Source of the DNA: Squalus acanthias
Taxonomy: Eukaryota
Length of the DNA: 64,000 bases
Assembly: GCA_030390025.1 (NCBI GenBank)
Contig: JASTWF010000328.1
Coordinates: 310,001 to 374,000 of the forward strand
Reading direction: 5' to 3'
Shown here: in pieces, positions 12,301 to 24,400 of the stretch
Position numbering within the stretch: the first letter of the stretch is position 1
Layout of the letters: every line of letters begins with the position of its first letter
Program-made: the position numbers and the translations under genes
The notes under the pieces: model-generated
What the model was told of the DNA's origin: nothing
Databases searched by the model: none
What the model saw: only the letters and a program-made list of their open reading frames with translations

Positions 12301-13008
12301 CTACAGAACAGTGTGAACTCGCTGGTGTGTCAGCATGTTGGATGACTGAGTGAATCCCTTCCCACACACGGAGCTGATGAACAGCCTCTCCCCGGTGTGA
12401 ACAAGCTGGTGTGTCGTCAAATTGCTGGAGCTTTTAAAGCTCTTCCCACAGTCAGAACATTTAAACGGTCTCTCCCCAGTGTGAACTCGCTGGTGTGTTC
12501 GCAGGATGGATGTCTTAGTGAATCCCTTCCCACACACGGAGCAGGTGAACGGCCTCTCCCCAGTGTGAACTCGCTGGTGTGTCGTCAGATTCTGAGAGCT
12601 TTTAAAGCTCTTCCCACAGTCAGAACACGTAATCCGCCTCTCATCGGTGTAAATAAGCTGGTGTTCCTTCAGAGCCCTGGAGCTTTTAAAGCTCTTGCGA
12701 CAGTAAGAACAGTTAAACGGTCTCTCGTCAGTGTGAACAAGCTGGTGTCTCAGCAGGTGGGATGGATAAACAAATCCCTTTCCACACACGGAGCAGGTGA
12801 ACGGTCTGTCCCTGGTGTGACTGCGCTGATGAACTTCCGACACAGACGGGGAACTGAATCCCTTTCCGCCGTTCCCACCATTACCCGGTTTCTCCCCGGT
12901 GTGAAGGTGCACGTGTCTTGCCAGGTCAGACGATCGGCTGAATCCGAGTCCACACACGGAACACGTGTGCAGTTTGTCCGTGCTGTGATCGCTGCTCTCT
13001 CCTTCCAT
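12301..13008 (-). CDS. KRAB-less C2H2 zinc-finger protein (235 aa from ATG at 13008; 8 finger units, 5 canonical)
   Basis: Uninterrupted frame MEGESSDHSTDKLHTCSVCG...HQRVHTVL*. An upstream splice acceptor TTTTACAG|GGTTTTAG lies at ~13119. The frame stays open upstream to 13473. Confidence 0.7.
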   Translation of the reverse strand: MEGESSDHSTDKLHTCSVCGLGFSRSSDLARHVHLHTGEKPGNGGNGGKGFSSPSVSEVHQRSHTRDRPFTCSVCGKGFVYPSHLLRHQLVHTDERPFNCSYCRKSFKSSRALKEHQLIYTDERRITCSDCGKSFKSSQNLTTHQRVHTGERPFTCSVCGKGFTKTSILRTHQRVHTGERPFKCSDCGKSFKSSSNLTTHQLVHTGERLFISSVCGKGFTQSSNMLTHQRVHTVL

Positions 13009-13167
13009 GTGGAAAGGCCGATGATATTCACGTCCTGATGAATTGAGCGACTCTGTCTGACCCTGACGTGATGTTTGATTTAAGCTTCCTGTCTGTAAAT
13101 ACTCCACTTCTAAAACCCTGTAAAAGGGGTAAGAGGGAGAATGTTGTCTCATGTACCCCTTTCCCAG

Positions 13168-13820
13168 CACAGGCTGGTGTCTCTTCAGATCCTGGGACCT
13201 TTTAAATCTCTTCCCACAGTCAGAACATTTAATCGGTCTCTCATCACTACGAACAAGCTGGTGTCTCAGCAGGGTGGAAGAATGAGTGAATCGCTTCAAA
13301 AACACGGAGCAGGTCAACGGTCTCTCATCGGTGTGGACAAGCTGGTGTCTCAGCAGCACGGAGGGTGCAATACATCCCTTCCTACACATGGAGCGGGTTA
13401 AAGGTCTCTCTCTAGTGTGATCCTGCTGGTGTATCATCGGAGCGGATGACTGAGTGAATCCCTTCCCACACACGGGGCCGGGGATTCTCCTCAGTGTGTA
13501 GCCATTAGTGTCGCTTCAGGTATTTGTAGATTTTGAAGCTCTTCCCACACTCAGAACATTTAAAAGGTCTCTCATCAGTGTGAACTTGCTGGGGTGCCAG
13601 AAGGTTCGTGGACCGACTGAATCAGGTCCTGATGAATCGTGTGACTCTGTCAGATCTTGAGGTGATGTTTGTTCTGAGCTTCCTGTCTGCAAATGCTCCA
13701 CTTCTAAAACCCTGTAAAAGGAGTGTACAAAGGGGTAAGAGGGAGAATGTTGTCTCATGTCGCCCTTTCCCAGCCCAGGGGCAGTGAAGCTGATTTTCAG
13801 GCCCCAGCTGCTGCACAGGA
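13168..13820 (-). pseudogene. Truncated zinc-finger exon with its splice acceptor; inverted paralog of 19966-20613
   Basis: Acceptor CTCCTTTTACAG at ~13713, spacer VLEVEHLQTGSS.., frameshifted fingers. Aligns to the + copy at roughly 90% by eye. Confidence 0.8.
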
Positions 13821-14640
13821 TGGTTGACAGGATCAAGAGTAATGGCGGCTGCAATCCCCACAAGCCCCCGCGCTCCAGAAAGCGCTCCGGCCGCCGCGCT
13901 GAGTTGTGGCTGACACCGCGCATGCGCCCCATGGTCCCGCCCTCTCCTGCTCCAATGGCGCCCGGCCCGCACCGCGCATGCTCAGCACACACCCTGGGCC
14001 CCTGTCAATCATCCTCCCCCGCGCCTGCGCGCTGGGCCCCTGAGCGCCAGGCTGCCGCGCGGGGCTTTCTTTGTAAAGTCGGTGTTGGTTAAGAGCCGCA
14101 ATCAGTGAGGGAAAGTGAGCTTTTCCCCAGATCCGATTGAGATCAGAGGAGGGGAGAGAATAAAGGGGAATCCAAATCTGAGAGTCGGCGGATCCGGGCC
14201 CCGAACAGAGCTTCTTCAGTTTGGCGGAGCGCACTCCAGGGACACGTGACCAGGGCCTGATTGACGTGAGCTTCCGACCAATAGGGAGCGAGCGGGGCGG
14301 GACTGGAGGAGCGAGCCGGCGGCGGGTCCTCCAACCAATCGGGGACCCTGAGGGGCGGGACTTGCGCCGGCTGATTGGGACAGAGGAGGCTGAGGGGAGA
14401 TTTAATTTAATTTAATTTAATTTCCCGCCTCCTCCAACCGCCCACCCTGGAACGACAGGACGTCGCCGGCGTGCACTGACTGACACTGAGCTCTCAGCCA
14501 ATCAGCGAGGGGAGGCTGAGCCTGGAGGACCGACCGAGGGGCTTTGGTCCTCCAACCAATCGCGGCGAAGGAGGAGGCGGGACATGGAACCGGCTCATTG
14601 GACGGATCGGCCCGCCGCCATTTTGTAAAGGGGCCTGGTC
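13780..14640. promoter_or_regulatory. CpG island/promoter module (copy 2, longest)
   Basis: GCGCATGCGC at 13918-13927, CACGTG, TGACGTGA, repeated CCTCCAACCAATC plus GC boxes, and YY1-type CCGCCATTTT at 14615-14624. Confidence 0.75.
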
Positions 14641-15114
14641 AGGATCTGTGAGCCTGGGAAAGTTTATTTTTAATGATCCTTTCACATTTTACAGCTCAAA
14701 CTAATTGTGTTTTGCATCAGTTACTTTTTTTAAAAAGCAGTTCGTTTTAAATTGATGAAGCAGAAACAAAAAACCCTGTGGAGCAAATACTTGTGAGTAA
14801 AAATATTTCTTCTCCCTGAATTAATTTTCTTAATATTAATTTCCAGCGTTTTTAATTATTAATTTCAAGCACTTTAAGAGAAATATGGGAGTGGTGGGGA
14901 TTCTCTTAAAGGGACAGGCACTCTCTTTTGCTTTGTGATTTTGATTAAATGGACCGTGTCCCCGTGGATGACTGATTTTAAAGGGACAGCGTCTCCCTTT
15001 TTATAATGTATATGTAAGAGACTGACATTTAAAGTAGGGAAAATCCCCTGCTCCTGTGAGTGCTTGGCAAGAGATCAGGTGCTGTTTGCACTCGCCCCCT
15101 CCCAATATTCTGCC

Positions 15115-16292
15115 AAGGGACAGAAAGCAGAGAGTAGTGGTGAACGGTTGTGATGTTCCCCAGGGGTCGGTATTAGGACCAATGTTCCTTCTATTTTTTT
15201 TAGGTGCGTGGCCCCTTTAACGGGCTGCGTGGCCCATTCAAATTTCCGCACATGTGCGTTTTTTCTAATTATAGGGCGGTGAGCCGGCTGCGCGGGACCT
15301 CCAGATCGCTGCGTGGCCGCACAGCTTAACGTGAACATTGATTCGGACCACTGCTTTTTTTGATATATATTACTGACCTGGACTTGGGGATACAGGGCAA
15401 AATTTCAAAGTTTGCAGATGACACGAAACTCTTAAATGTAGCAAACAATGAGGATAGTAACAGACTTCAGGAGGACGTAGCCAGACTGGTGAAATGATCA
15501 GAAATGTGGCAGATTAAATTTAATGTGCAGAAGTGTGAAGTGATTCATTTTGGTAGGAAGAATGAGGAGAGGCAATATAAACTAAATGGTCCAATTTTAA
15601 AGATGGTGCAGGAACAGAGAGGCCTCGGGGTGTATGTACACAAATGTTTGAAGGTGGCAGGACAAGTTGAGAAGGCTGTTAAAAAGTATACAGGATCCTT
15701 GACTTTATTAATAGAGGAATAGAGTACAAAAGCAAGCAAGTTATGCTGAGCCTTTATAAAACACTGGCAAGGCTTCCGCTGGGCACCACACTTTAGGAAG
15801 GATGTCAAGACCTTCGAGAGGGTGCAGAAGAAATTTACGAGAATGGGACCAGGGATGAGGGACTTCAGTTACGTGGAGAGACGGGAGAAGCTGGGGTTGT
15901 TCTCCTTGGAGCAGAGAAGATTAAGAGGAGATTTAATAGAGTTGTTCAAAATCAGGATGGATTTTGAGAGAGTAAATAAGGAGAAACCGTTTCCAATGGC
16001 TGAAGGGACAGAAACCAGATTTAAGGCGATTGGCAAAAGACCAGAGGTGACATGGGAAAACATTTTTTTATACCAAGTTGTTGTGATCTGGAATGCACTG
16101 CCTGAAAGGGCGGTGGAAGCAGATTCAATATTATAATTCAAAAGAGATTGAGATAAATACTTGAAGGGAAAACATTTACAGGGCTTTGGGGAAAGAGCAG
16201 GGGGAGTGGGATTAATTGGATAGCTTTTTCAAAAAGCCAGCACAGGCACGAATGGCCTCCTTCTGTACTGTATCATTCTATGATGCTATTCT
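15115..16292 (+). mobile_element. CR1 3' fragment hosting a MITE
   Basis: Motifs [26 protein letters not shown] and EQRRLRGDLIE; ATTCTATG tail. Confidence 0.9.
15180..15340. mobile_element. 161-bp non-autonomous hAT-type MITE
   Basis: TIRs CAATGTTC / GAACATTG. 8-bp TSD ATTAGGAC (15172-15179) / ATTCGGAC (15341-15348). Removing it restores the CR1 VLGP codons. Confidence 0.85.
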
Positions 16293-16634
16293 ACACAGAC
16301 ACACACACATACAGTCAGACAGACACACACACACAGATACTCACTAAAATACAGTCAGACAAACACACACATTTTTTCTGCATAAACTTTTATTATTAAT
16401 TTCAAAGACTTTAAGAAAAAGGTGGGAGTGGTGGGCGGAGGGCTCTTAAAGGGACAGGGACCCTCCTTTTCAATGTGATTTTCATTAAAGGGACCTAGTC
16501 CCTCCTTGCCTGTGGAGGACCAATTTTAAAAGGACAGCGTCTCGAAATCAGGTGCTGTCTGTGTGTGAATCACCTCTTTCCCAATTTCCTGCCAAGCGAT
16601 CCTTGCGGGCACCACTCCACTCTAGGAGTGGCTC

Positions 16635-18098
16635 ATAGAATCATACAGCACAGAAGGAGGCCATTCAGCCCATCGTGCCTGTGCCGGCTCTTTGAAAGAG
16701 TTCTCCATTTAGTCCCACTCCCCGGCTCTGTCCCCATAGTCTTGCAAATTTTTCCCCTTCAGGTATTTATCCAATTCCCCATTGAAAGTTATTATTAAAT
16801 CTGCTTCCACCGCCCTTTCAGGCAGCGCATTGCAGATCACAACAACTCGCTGCGTAAATAAAATTCTCCTCACCTCGCCTCTGGTTCTTTTGTCAATGAC
16901 CTTATATCTGTGTCCTCTGGTTACCGACCCTCCTGCCACTGGAAACAGTTTCTCCTTATAAGCTACAGCTATACAAAGCCCTGGTTAGACCCCAGAGAGT
17001 CATAGAGTCAGAACGGCACAGAAGGAGGCCATTTGGCCCATCGAGTCTGTGCCAGCTCTCTGTAGAGCAATCCAGTCAGTCCCATTCCCCCGCTCTATCC
17101 CCATAGCCCTGCAAGTTTATTTCCCTCCAGTGCCTCTCCAGTCTCCCCTTGAAAACATTGAGTGTCTCCGCTTCCACCACTTCCGTCGGCAGCGAGTTCC
17201 AGGTCCTCACCACTCGCTGCGTGAAATGGTTTTTCCTCACATTCCCCCTGTATCTCTTGCCAAAACCTTAATTCTGTGTCCCCTAGTCCTTGTACCATCA
17301 ACTAGTGGGAACAGCCTTTCCCCGTCTAGCCTATCCAAACCCGTCATAATCCTGTACACCTCTATCAAATCACCCCGCAACCTCCTTTGCTCTAATGAAA
17401 ACAAATCCAGCTTCTCCAACCTGTCCTTGTAGCTAAGATCCCCCATCCCCGGAACCATTCTGGTAAATCTCCTCTGCACCCTCTCAAGGGCCTTCACATC
17501 CTTCCTAAAGTGTGGTGACCAGAACTGGACGCAATACTCCAGTTGTGGCCTAACCAGCGCTTTATAAAGGTTCAGCATAACTTCTCTACTTTTGTACTCA
17601 ATACCTCTATTTATGAAGCCCAAGATCCCATATGCTTTGTTAACCACTCTCTCAATATGTCCCACCACCTTCAGGGACCTACGCACATTAACTCCCAGGA
17701 ACTCCCTGGAGCACTGTGTACAGTTCTGGGCACCGCACCTCAGAAAGGATATATTGGCCTTGGAAGGAGTGCAGCACAGATTCACCAGAATGTTACCCGG
17801 GCTCCAAGGGTTAGATTATGAGGAGAGATTACATAAACTAGGCTTGTATTCCCTGGAATCTAGAAGGTTAAGGGGTGATTGAGGATTTGAGGATTTTGAA
17901 AGGAATTGGTAGAGTCGATAGAGAGAAACTTTTTCTGCCGGTGGGGGAGTCGAGGACAAGGGGACATCACCTTAAAATCAGAGCCAGGCCATTCAGGAGA
18001 GAAGTTGGGAAACACTTCTTCACACAAAGGGTGGTAGAAGTGTGGAACCCTCTCCCACAGGAAGCAGTCGATGCCAGCTCAATTAATCAGTTTAAATA
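16635..18098. mobile_element. Cluster of CR1 3' fragments (minus 16635-16960, minus ~16997-17700, plus ~17700-18098)
   Basis: CR1 C-terminal peptides (LEYCVQFWSP, RLRGDLIE, FFTQRVV) on both strands. Confidence 0.85.
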
Positions 18099-18100
18099 AA

Positions 18101-19965
18101 GGAAGATGTTAGAAGCTATTCTTCTTCTTCTTAGGCAGTCCCTCGGAACCGAGGATGACTTGCTTCCACATTAAAAATGAGTTCTCAGGTGACTGATGAG
18201 TCCAATGCGGGACCTACAGTCTCTGTCACAGGTGGGGCAGACGGTGGTTGAAGGGGCGGGTGGGTGGGGTGCTTGGGTTGACGTGCGCTGCTTGCGCTTG
18301 GCTTCCGCTTGCTCCCGGCGAAGAGACTCGAGGTGTTCAGCGCCTTCCCGGATGCTTCTCCTCCACTTTGTGCGGTCTTGGGCCAGGGATTCCCAGGTGT
18401 CAGTGGGGATGTTGCACTTTTTCAAGGAGGCTTTGAGGGTGTCCTTGAAGCGTTTCCTCTGCCCACCTGGGGCTCTCTTGCCGTGTCGGAGCTCCGAGTA
18501 GAGCGCTTGTTTCAGGAGTCTCGTATCGGGCATGCGGACGATGTGACCCGTCCATCGGAGCTGATCGAGCGTGGTCAAAGCTTCGATGCTGAGGATGTTG
18601 GCCAGATGATAGGTCGCAAAGTAAAGACGTTATAGCAGGGCACTTGGAAAAGTTCAAGGTAATCAGGCGGAGTCAACATGGTTTTGTGAAAGGGAAATCA
18701 TGTTTACCCAATTTATTGGAGTTCTTTGAGGAAGTAACATGTGCTGTGGATAAAGGGGAACCGGTGGATGTAGTGTACTTAGATTTCCAGAAGGCATTTG
18801 ATAAGGTGCCACATCAAAGGTTATTGCAGAAAATAAAAGCTCATGGTGTAGGGGGTAACATATTGGCATGGATAGAAGATTGGCTAGCTAACAGGAAACA
18901 GAGAGTAGGCATAAATGGGTCATTTTCTGGTTGGCAAGATGTAACGAGTGGTGTGTCACAGGGATCAGTGCTGGGACCTCAACTTTTTACAATGTATATA
19001 AATGACTTGGATGAAGGGACCGAAGGTATGGTTGCTAAATTTGCTGATGACACAAAGATAGGTAGGAAAGTAAATTGTGAAGAGGACATAAAGAGGCTAC
19101 AAAGGGATATAGATAGGTTAAGTGAGTGGGCAAAGATCTGGCAAATGGAGTATAATGTGGGAAAATGTGAAATTGTCCATTTTGGCAGGAAGAATAAAAA
19201 AGAAGCATATTATCTAAATGGTGAGAGATTGCAGAGCTCTGAGATGCAGAGGGATCTGGGGGTCCTAGTGCATGAATCGCAAAAGGTTAGTATGCAGGTA
19301 CAGCAAGTAATTAGGAAAGCTAATAGAATGTTATCGTTTATTGCGAGGGGAATTGAATACAAAAGTAGGGAGGTTATGCTTCAGTTATACAGGGCATTGG
19401 TGAGACCACATCTGGAGTACTGTGTACAGTATTGGTCTCCTTATTTAAGGAAGGATGTAAGTGCGTTGGAAGCAGTTCAGAGAAGGTTTACTAGACTAAT
19501 CCCTGGAATGGGCGGGTTGTCTTATGAGGAAAGGTTGGACAGGCTAGGCTTGTATCCGCTGGAGTTTAGAAGAGTAAGAGGTGACTTGATTGAAACATTT
19601 AAGATCCTGAGGGGTCTGGACAGGGTGGATGTGGAGAGGATGTTTCCTCTTGTGGGAGAATCTGGAACTAGGGGTCACTGTTTAAAAATAAGGGGTCGCC
19701 CATTTAAGACCGAGATGAGGAGAAATTTTTTCTCAGAGGGTTGTGAGTCTTTGGAACTCTCTTCCTCAGAGGGCAGTGGAAGCAGAGTCTTTGAATATTT
19801 TTACGGCAGAGGTAGATAGATTCTTGATAAGCAAGGGGGTGAAAGGTTATCGGGGGTAGGCGGGAATGTGGAGTAATCAGATCAGCCATGATCTTATTGA
19901 ATGGCGGAGCAGGCTCGAGGGGCCGAGTGACCGACTCCTGCTCCTAATTCGTATGTTCGTATGTA
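18101..19965 (+). mobile_element. 5'-truncated CR1 with long open RT frame (18644-19819), (TTCGTATG)n tail
   Basis: 391-aa RT ORF; same family as ~34890-36232. Confidence 0.95.
18119..18621 (-). mobile_element. RTE-clade LINE 3' fragment inserted in a CR1
   Basis: LRWTGHIVRMPDTRL.KQ.LY.EL..GKR..GGQRKRFKD motif, C-terminal CxxC..HLRTH, and (GAA)n tail. It splits CR1 sequence GAAGCTATT|..TAAAGACG, which is intact at ~34903-34918. Confidence 0.85.
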
Positions 19966-20312
19966 ACCTGTGCAGCAGCTGGGGCCTGAAAATCAGCTTC
20001 ACTGCCCCTGGGCTGGGAAAGGGGGACATGAGGCAACATTCTCCCTCTTACCCCTTTCTAAACTCCTTTTACAGGGTTTTAGAAGTGGAGCATTTACAGA
20101 CAGGAAGCTCAGACCGAACATCACGTCAAGATCCGACAGAGTCGCTCGATTCATCAGGACCTGATTCAATCGCTCCTCCAATCTGCTGACACACCAGCGA
20201 GTTCACACTAATGAGAGACCTTTTCAACGTTCTGAGTGTGGGAAGAGCTTCAAAATCTACAAGTACCTGAAGAGACACCAGTGGCTACACACTGAGGAGA
20301 ATCCCCGGCCCC

Positions 20313-21407
20313 GTGTGTGGGAAGGGATTCACTCAGCCATCCGCTCCGATGATACACCAGCAAGATCACACTAGAGAGAGACCTTTAACCCGCTCCGTGT
20401 GTGGGAAGGGATTAATTGCACCCTCCGTGCTGCTGAGACACCAGCTTGTCCACACCGATGAGAGACCGTTGACCTGCTCCGTGTTTTTGAAGCGATTCAC
20501 TCATTCTTCCACCCTGCTGAGACACCAGCTTGTTCATAGTGATGAGAGACCGATTAAATGTTCTGACTGTGGGAAGAGATTTAAAAGGTCCCAGGACCTG
20601 AAGAGACACCAGCTGGAGAGAGCAGGAGAGATTCTGTTCACCTGCTCCGTGTGTGGGAAGAGATTCACTCGGTCCTCGAATCTGCTGGCACACCAGCGAG
20701 TTCACACTGGGGAGAGGCCGGTGAAACATTCCGACTGTGGGAAAAGCTTTCAAAGGTCCCAGGAGCTGAAGAGACACCAGCTGGAGGAAGCAGGAAAGAG
20801 GCCGTTCACCTGCTCCGTGTGTAGGAAGGGATTCACTCGGCCGTCCCACCTACTGACACACCAGCGAGTTCACACTGGGGAGAGGCCGTTCACCTGCTCC
20901 GTGTGTGGGAAGGGATTCACTCGGTCATTCAGCCTGGTGAGACACCAGCGAGTTCACACTGGGGAGAGGCCGTTCACCTGCTCCGTGTGTGGGAAGGGAT
21001 TCACTCGGTCATTCAGCCTGGTGAGACACCAGCAAGTTCACACTGATGAGAGACCGTTTAAATGTTCTGACTGTGGGAAGAGCTTTAAACGTTCTGGAGA
21101 TCTGAAGGAGCACCAGCGAGTTCACACTGATGAGAGACTATTTAAATGTTCTGACTGTGGGAAGAGCTTTAAACGCTCTGGGGATCTGAAGGGCCACCAG
21201 CAAGTTCACACTGATGAGAGACTATTTAAATGTTCTGACTGTGGGAAGAGCTTTAAAAGCTCTCGGAATCTGAAGGGACACCAGCAAGTTCATTCTGGGG
21301 AGAGGCCGTTCACCTGCTCTGTGTGTGAGAAGGGATTCGCTAAGTTCTCCAACCTGCTGAGACACCAGCGAGTTCACACTGTTATAGTCATAGTCATAGA
21401 GTCATAA
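20313..21407 (+). CDS. KRAB-less C2H2 zinc-finger ORF (13 finger units, 8 canonical); possibly a pseudogene
   Basis: 364-codon open frame. Acceptor CTCCTTTTACAG at 20073-20074, but the exon 5' part is frameshifted. First in-frame ATG is ~20349. The last residues (VIVIVIES*) come from an adjacent CR1 tail. Confidence 0.6.
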   Translation: MCGKGFTQPSAPMIHQQDHTRERPLTRSVCGKGLIAPSVLLRHQLVHTDERPLTCSVFLKRFTHSSTLLRHQLVHSDERPIKCSDCGKRFKRSQDLKRHQLERAGEILFTCSVCGKRFTRSSNLLAHQRVHTGERPVKHSDCGKSFQRSQELKRHQLEEAGKRPFTCSVCRKGFTRPSHLLTHQRVHTGERPFTCSVCGKGFTRSFSLVRHQRVHTGERPFTCSVCGKGFTRSFSLVRHQQVHTDERPFKCSDCGKSFKRSGDLKEHQRVHTDERLFKCSDCGKSFKRSGDLKGHQQVHTDERLFKCSDCGKSFKSSRNLKGHQQVHSGERPFTCSVCEKGFAKFSNLLRHQRVHTVIVIVIES

Positions 21408-24400
21408 CAGCACAGAAGGAGGCCATTCGGCCCATCGAGTCCGTGCCAGCTCTCTGTAGAGCAATCCAGTCAGTCCCATTCCCCCGCTCTATCCCCGTAG
21501 CCCTGCAAGTTTATTTCCCTCAAGTGCCTATCCAGTCTCCCCTTGAAAACATTGAGTGTGTCCGCTTCCACCACTTCCATCGGCAGCGAGTTCCAGGTGC
21601 TCATCACTCGCTGCGTAAAAAAGTTTTTCCTCACATCCCCCCTGTATCTCTTGCCCAAAACCTTAAATCTGTGTCCCCTAGTCCTTGTACCATCAACTAG
21701 TGGGAACAGCCTTTCCCCGTCTAGCCTATCCAAACCCATCATAATCTTGTACACCTCTATCAAATCACCCCTCAACCGCCTTTGCTCTAATGAAAACAAA
21801 TCCAGCTTAGAACATAAGAACATAAGAAATAGGAGCAGGAGTAGGCCAATTGGCCCCTCGAGCCTGCTCCGCCATTCAATAAGATCATGGCTGATCTGAT
21901 CCTAACCGCCAATCTACTATCACAGAACCATCTCCTGAACCTAACAGAATTGGACACACGAAATAGGAGCAGGATCAGGCTACACGGCCCCTGGGCCCGC
22001 TCCGCTACCCACAGGGCCATGACCGATCCGAACCTAGACTCATGTCCAAATTCCTGCCCGCTCCCCGTAACCCTTAATTCCCTTTACTTCTAGGAAACTG
22101 TCTATTTCTGTTTTAAATTTATGTAATGATGTAGCTTCTACAGCTTTTTGGGGCAGCATATTCCATGGACCTACCACCCTCTGAGTGAAGTAGTTCCTCC
22201 TCATCTCAGTTTTGAAAGAGCAGCCCCTTATTCTAAGACTATGCCCCCTAGTTCTAGTTTCACCCATCATCGGGAACATCCTCCCCGCATCCACCCGATC
22301 CAACCCCTTCACAATCTTATATGTTTCAATAAGATCGCCTCTCATTCTTCTGAACTCCAATGAGTAGAGTCCCAATCTACCCAACCTCTCCTCATATGTT
22401 CATCCCCGGGATTAACCGAGTGAACCTTCTTTGTACTGACTTGAGAGCAAGTATGTCTTTTCTTAAGTATGGACACCAAAACTGTATGCAGTATTCCAGG
22501 TGCGGTCTCACCAATACCTTGTACAACTGAAGCAATACCTCCCTATTTTTATAGTTTCTTGCCATTTAGATAGTAACTTGCTCTACTATTTTTCCTGCCA
22601 AAGTGCATAACCTCACACTTTCCAGTATTGTATTCCATCTGCCAAATCTCTGCCCACTAACTTAGCCTGTCTAAGTCCCCTTGCAGATTTTTTATGTCCT
22701 CCTCACTCACTACTTTCCCTCCCATCTTAGTATCATCTGCAAACTTTGATATGTTACACTCGGTCCCCTCCTCCAAATCGTTAATATAGATTGTAAAGAG
22801 TTGGGGACCCAGCACTGACCCCTGCGGAACACCACTAGTTACTGATTGCCAGTCTGAGAATGAACCATTTATCCCAACTCTCTGCCTTCTGTTAGATAGC
22901 CAATCCTCTATCCATGCCAGAATATTACCCCCAATCCCGTGATTTTTTATCTTAAGCAATAATCTTTTGTGTGGCACCTTGTCAAATGCCTTTTGGAAGT
23001 CTAAATACACCACATCCACTGGTTCCCCTTTATCCACCCTGTATGTTACTTCCTCAAAGAACTCCAGCAAATTTGTCAAACATGACTTCCCCTTCATAAA
23101 ACCATGCTGACTTTGTCCTATTAAATTATGATTATCCAAATGTCCCGTTACTGTCTCCTTAATAATGGACTCCAAAATTTTACCTACCACAGATGTTAGG
23201 CTAACCGGTCTATAGTTTCCAGCCTTCTGTCTACTGCCCTTTTTAAATAAGGGTGTTACATTAGCAGTTTTCCAGTCTGCCGGGATCTTTGCTGAGTCCA
23301 GGGAGTTTTGGAAAATTATTACCAATGCATCCACAATCCCTACCGCCACTTCCCTCAAGACCCTAGGATGTAAACCATCAGGTCCAGGTGATTTATCCGC
23401 CTTGAGTCCCATTATTTTACCGAGTACCACTTCCTTAGTGATTTTGATCGTGTTTAGCTCCTCCCCCCCTATAGCCCCCTGTTTGTCCAGTGTTGGGATA
23501 TTCTTAGTGTCCTCTACTGTAAAGACTGATACAAAATATTCATTCAGTGTTTTTGCCATCTCCATATTTCCCACCATTAATTTCCCGGTCTCATCCTCTA
23601 AGGGACCAACATTTACTTTAGCCACCCTTTTTCTTTTTATATAACTATAAAAACTCTTACTATCTGTTTTTATATTTTTTGCTAATTTACTTTCATAATC
23701 TATCTTCCCTTTCTTAATCAATCTTTTTGTTATTTTTTGCTGTCTTTTAAAGTTTTCCCAATCTTCTATCCTCCCACTAGATTTGGCTACCTTAAATGTC
23801 CTTGTTTTTAGTCGAATACTATCTTTAATTTCTTTACTTAGCCACGGATGACTGTCTTTTCTTTTACACCCTTTTCTTCTCAGTGGAATATATTTTTTTT
23901 GGAAGTTGTAAAATAACTCCTTAAATGTACACCACTGATCATGTATCGTCTTACCCTTTAATCTATTTTCCCAATCCACTCTACTCAATTCCGCTCGCAT
24001 AGCTTCATAGTCTCCTTTATTCAAGCTTAGCACGCTTGTTTGAGATCCAACCTTCTCACCCTCTAATTGAATATGGAATTCAACCATGTTATGGTCACTC
24101 ATTCCAAGGGGATCCTTTACTAGGACATTTTTAATTAATCCTGTCTCGTTACACAGGACCAGATCTAAGGTTGCTTGCCCCCTGGTCGGTTCAGTTACAT
24201 ACTGCTCAAGAAACCCATCTCTAATACACTCAATGAACTCATCCTCAAGGCAGCCCTGCCCAATTTGATTTGTCCAATTAATATGATAGTTAAAATCCCC
24301 CATAATTATAGATGTTCCCTTATGACAAGCCTCAACTATTTCCTGATTGATACTCCGTCCAACAGAGTTGCAACTGTTCGGAGGCCTATAGACTACGCCC

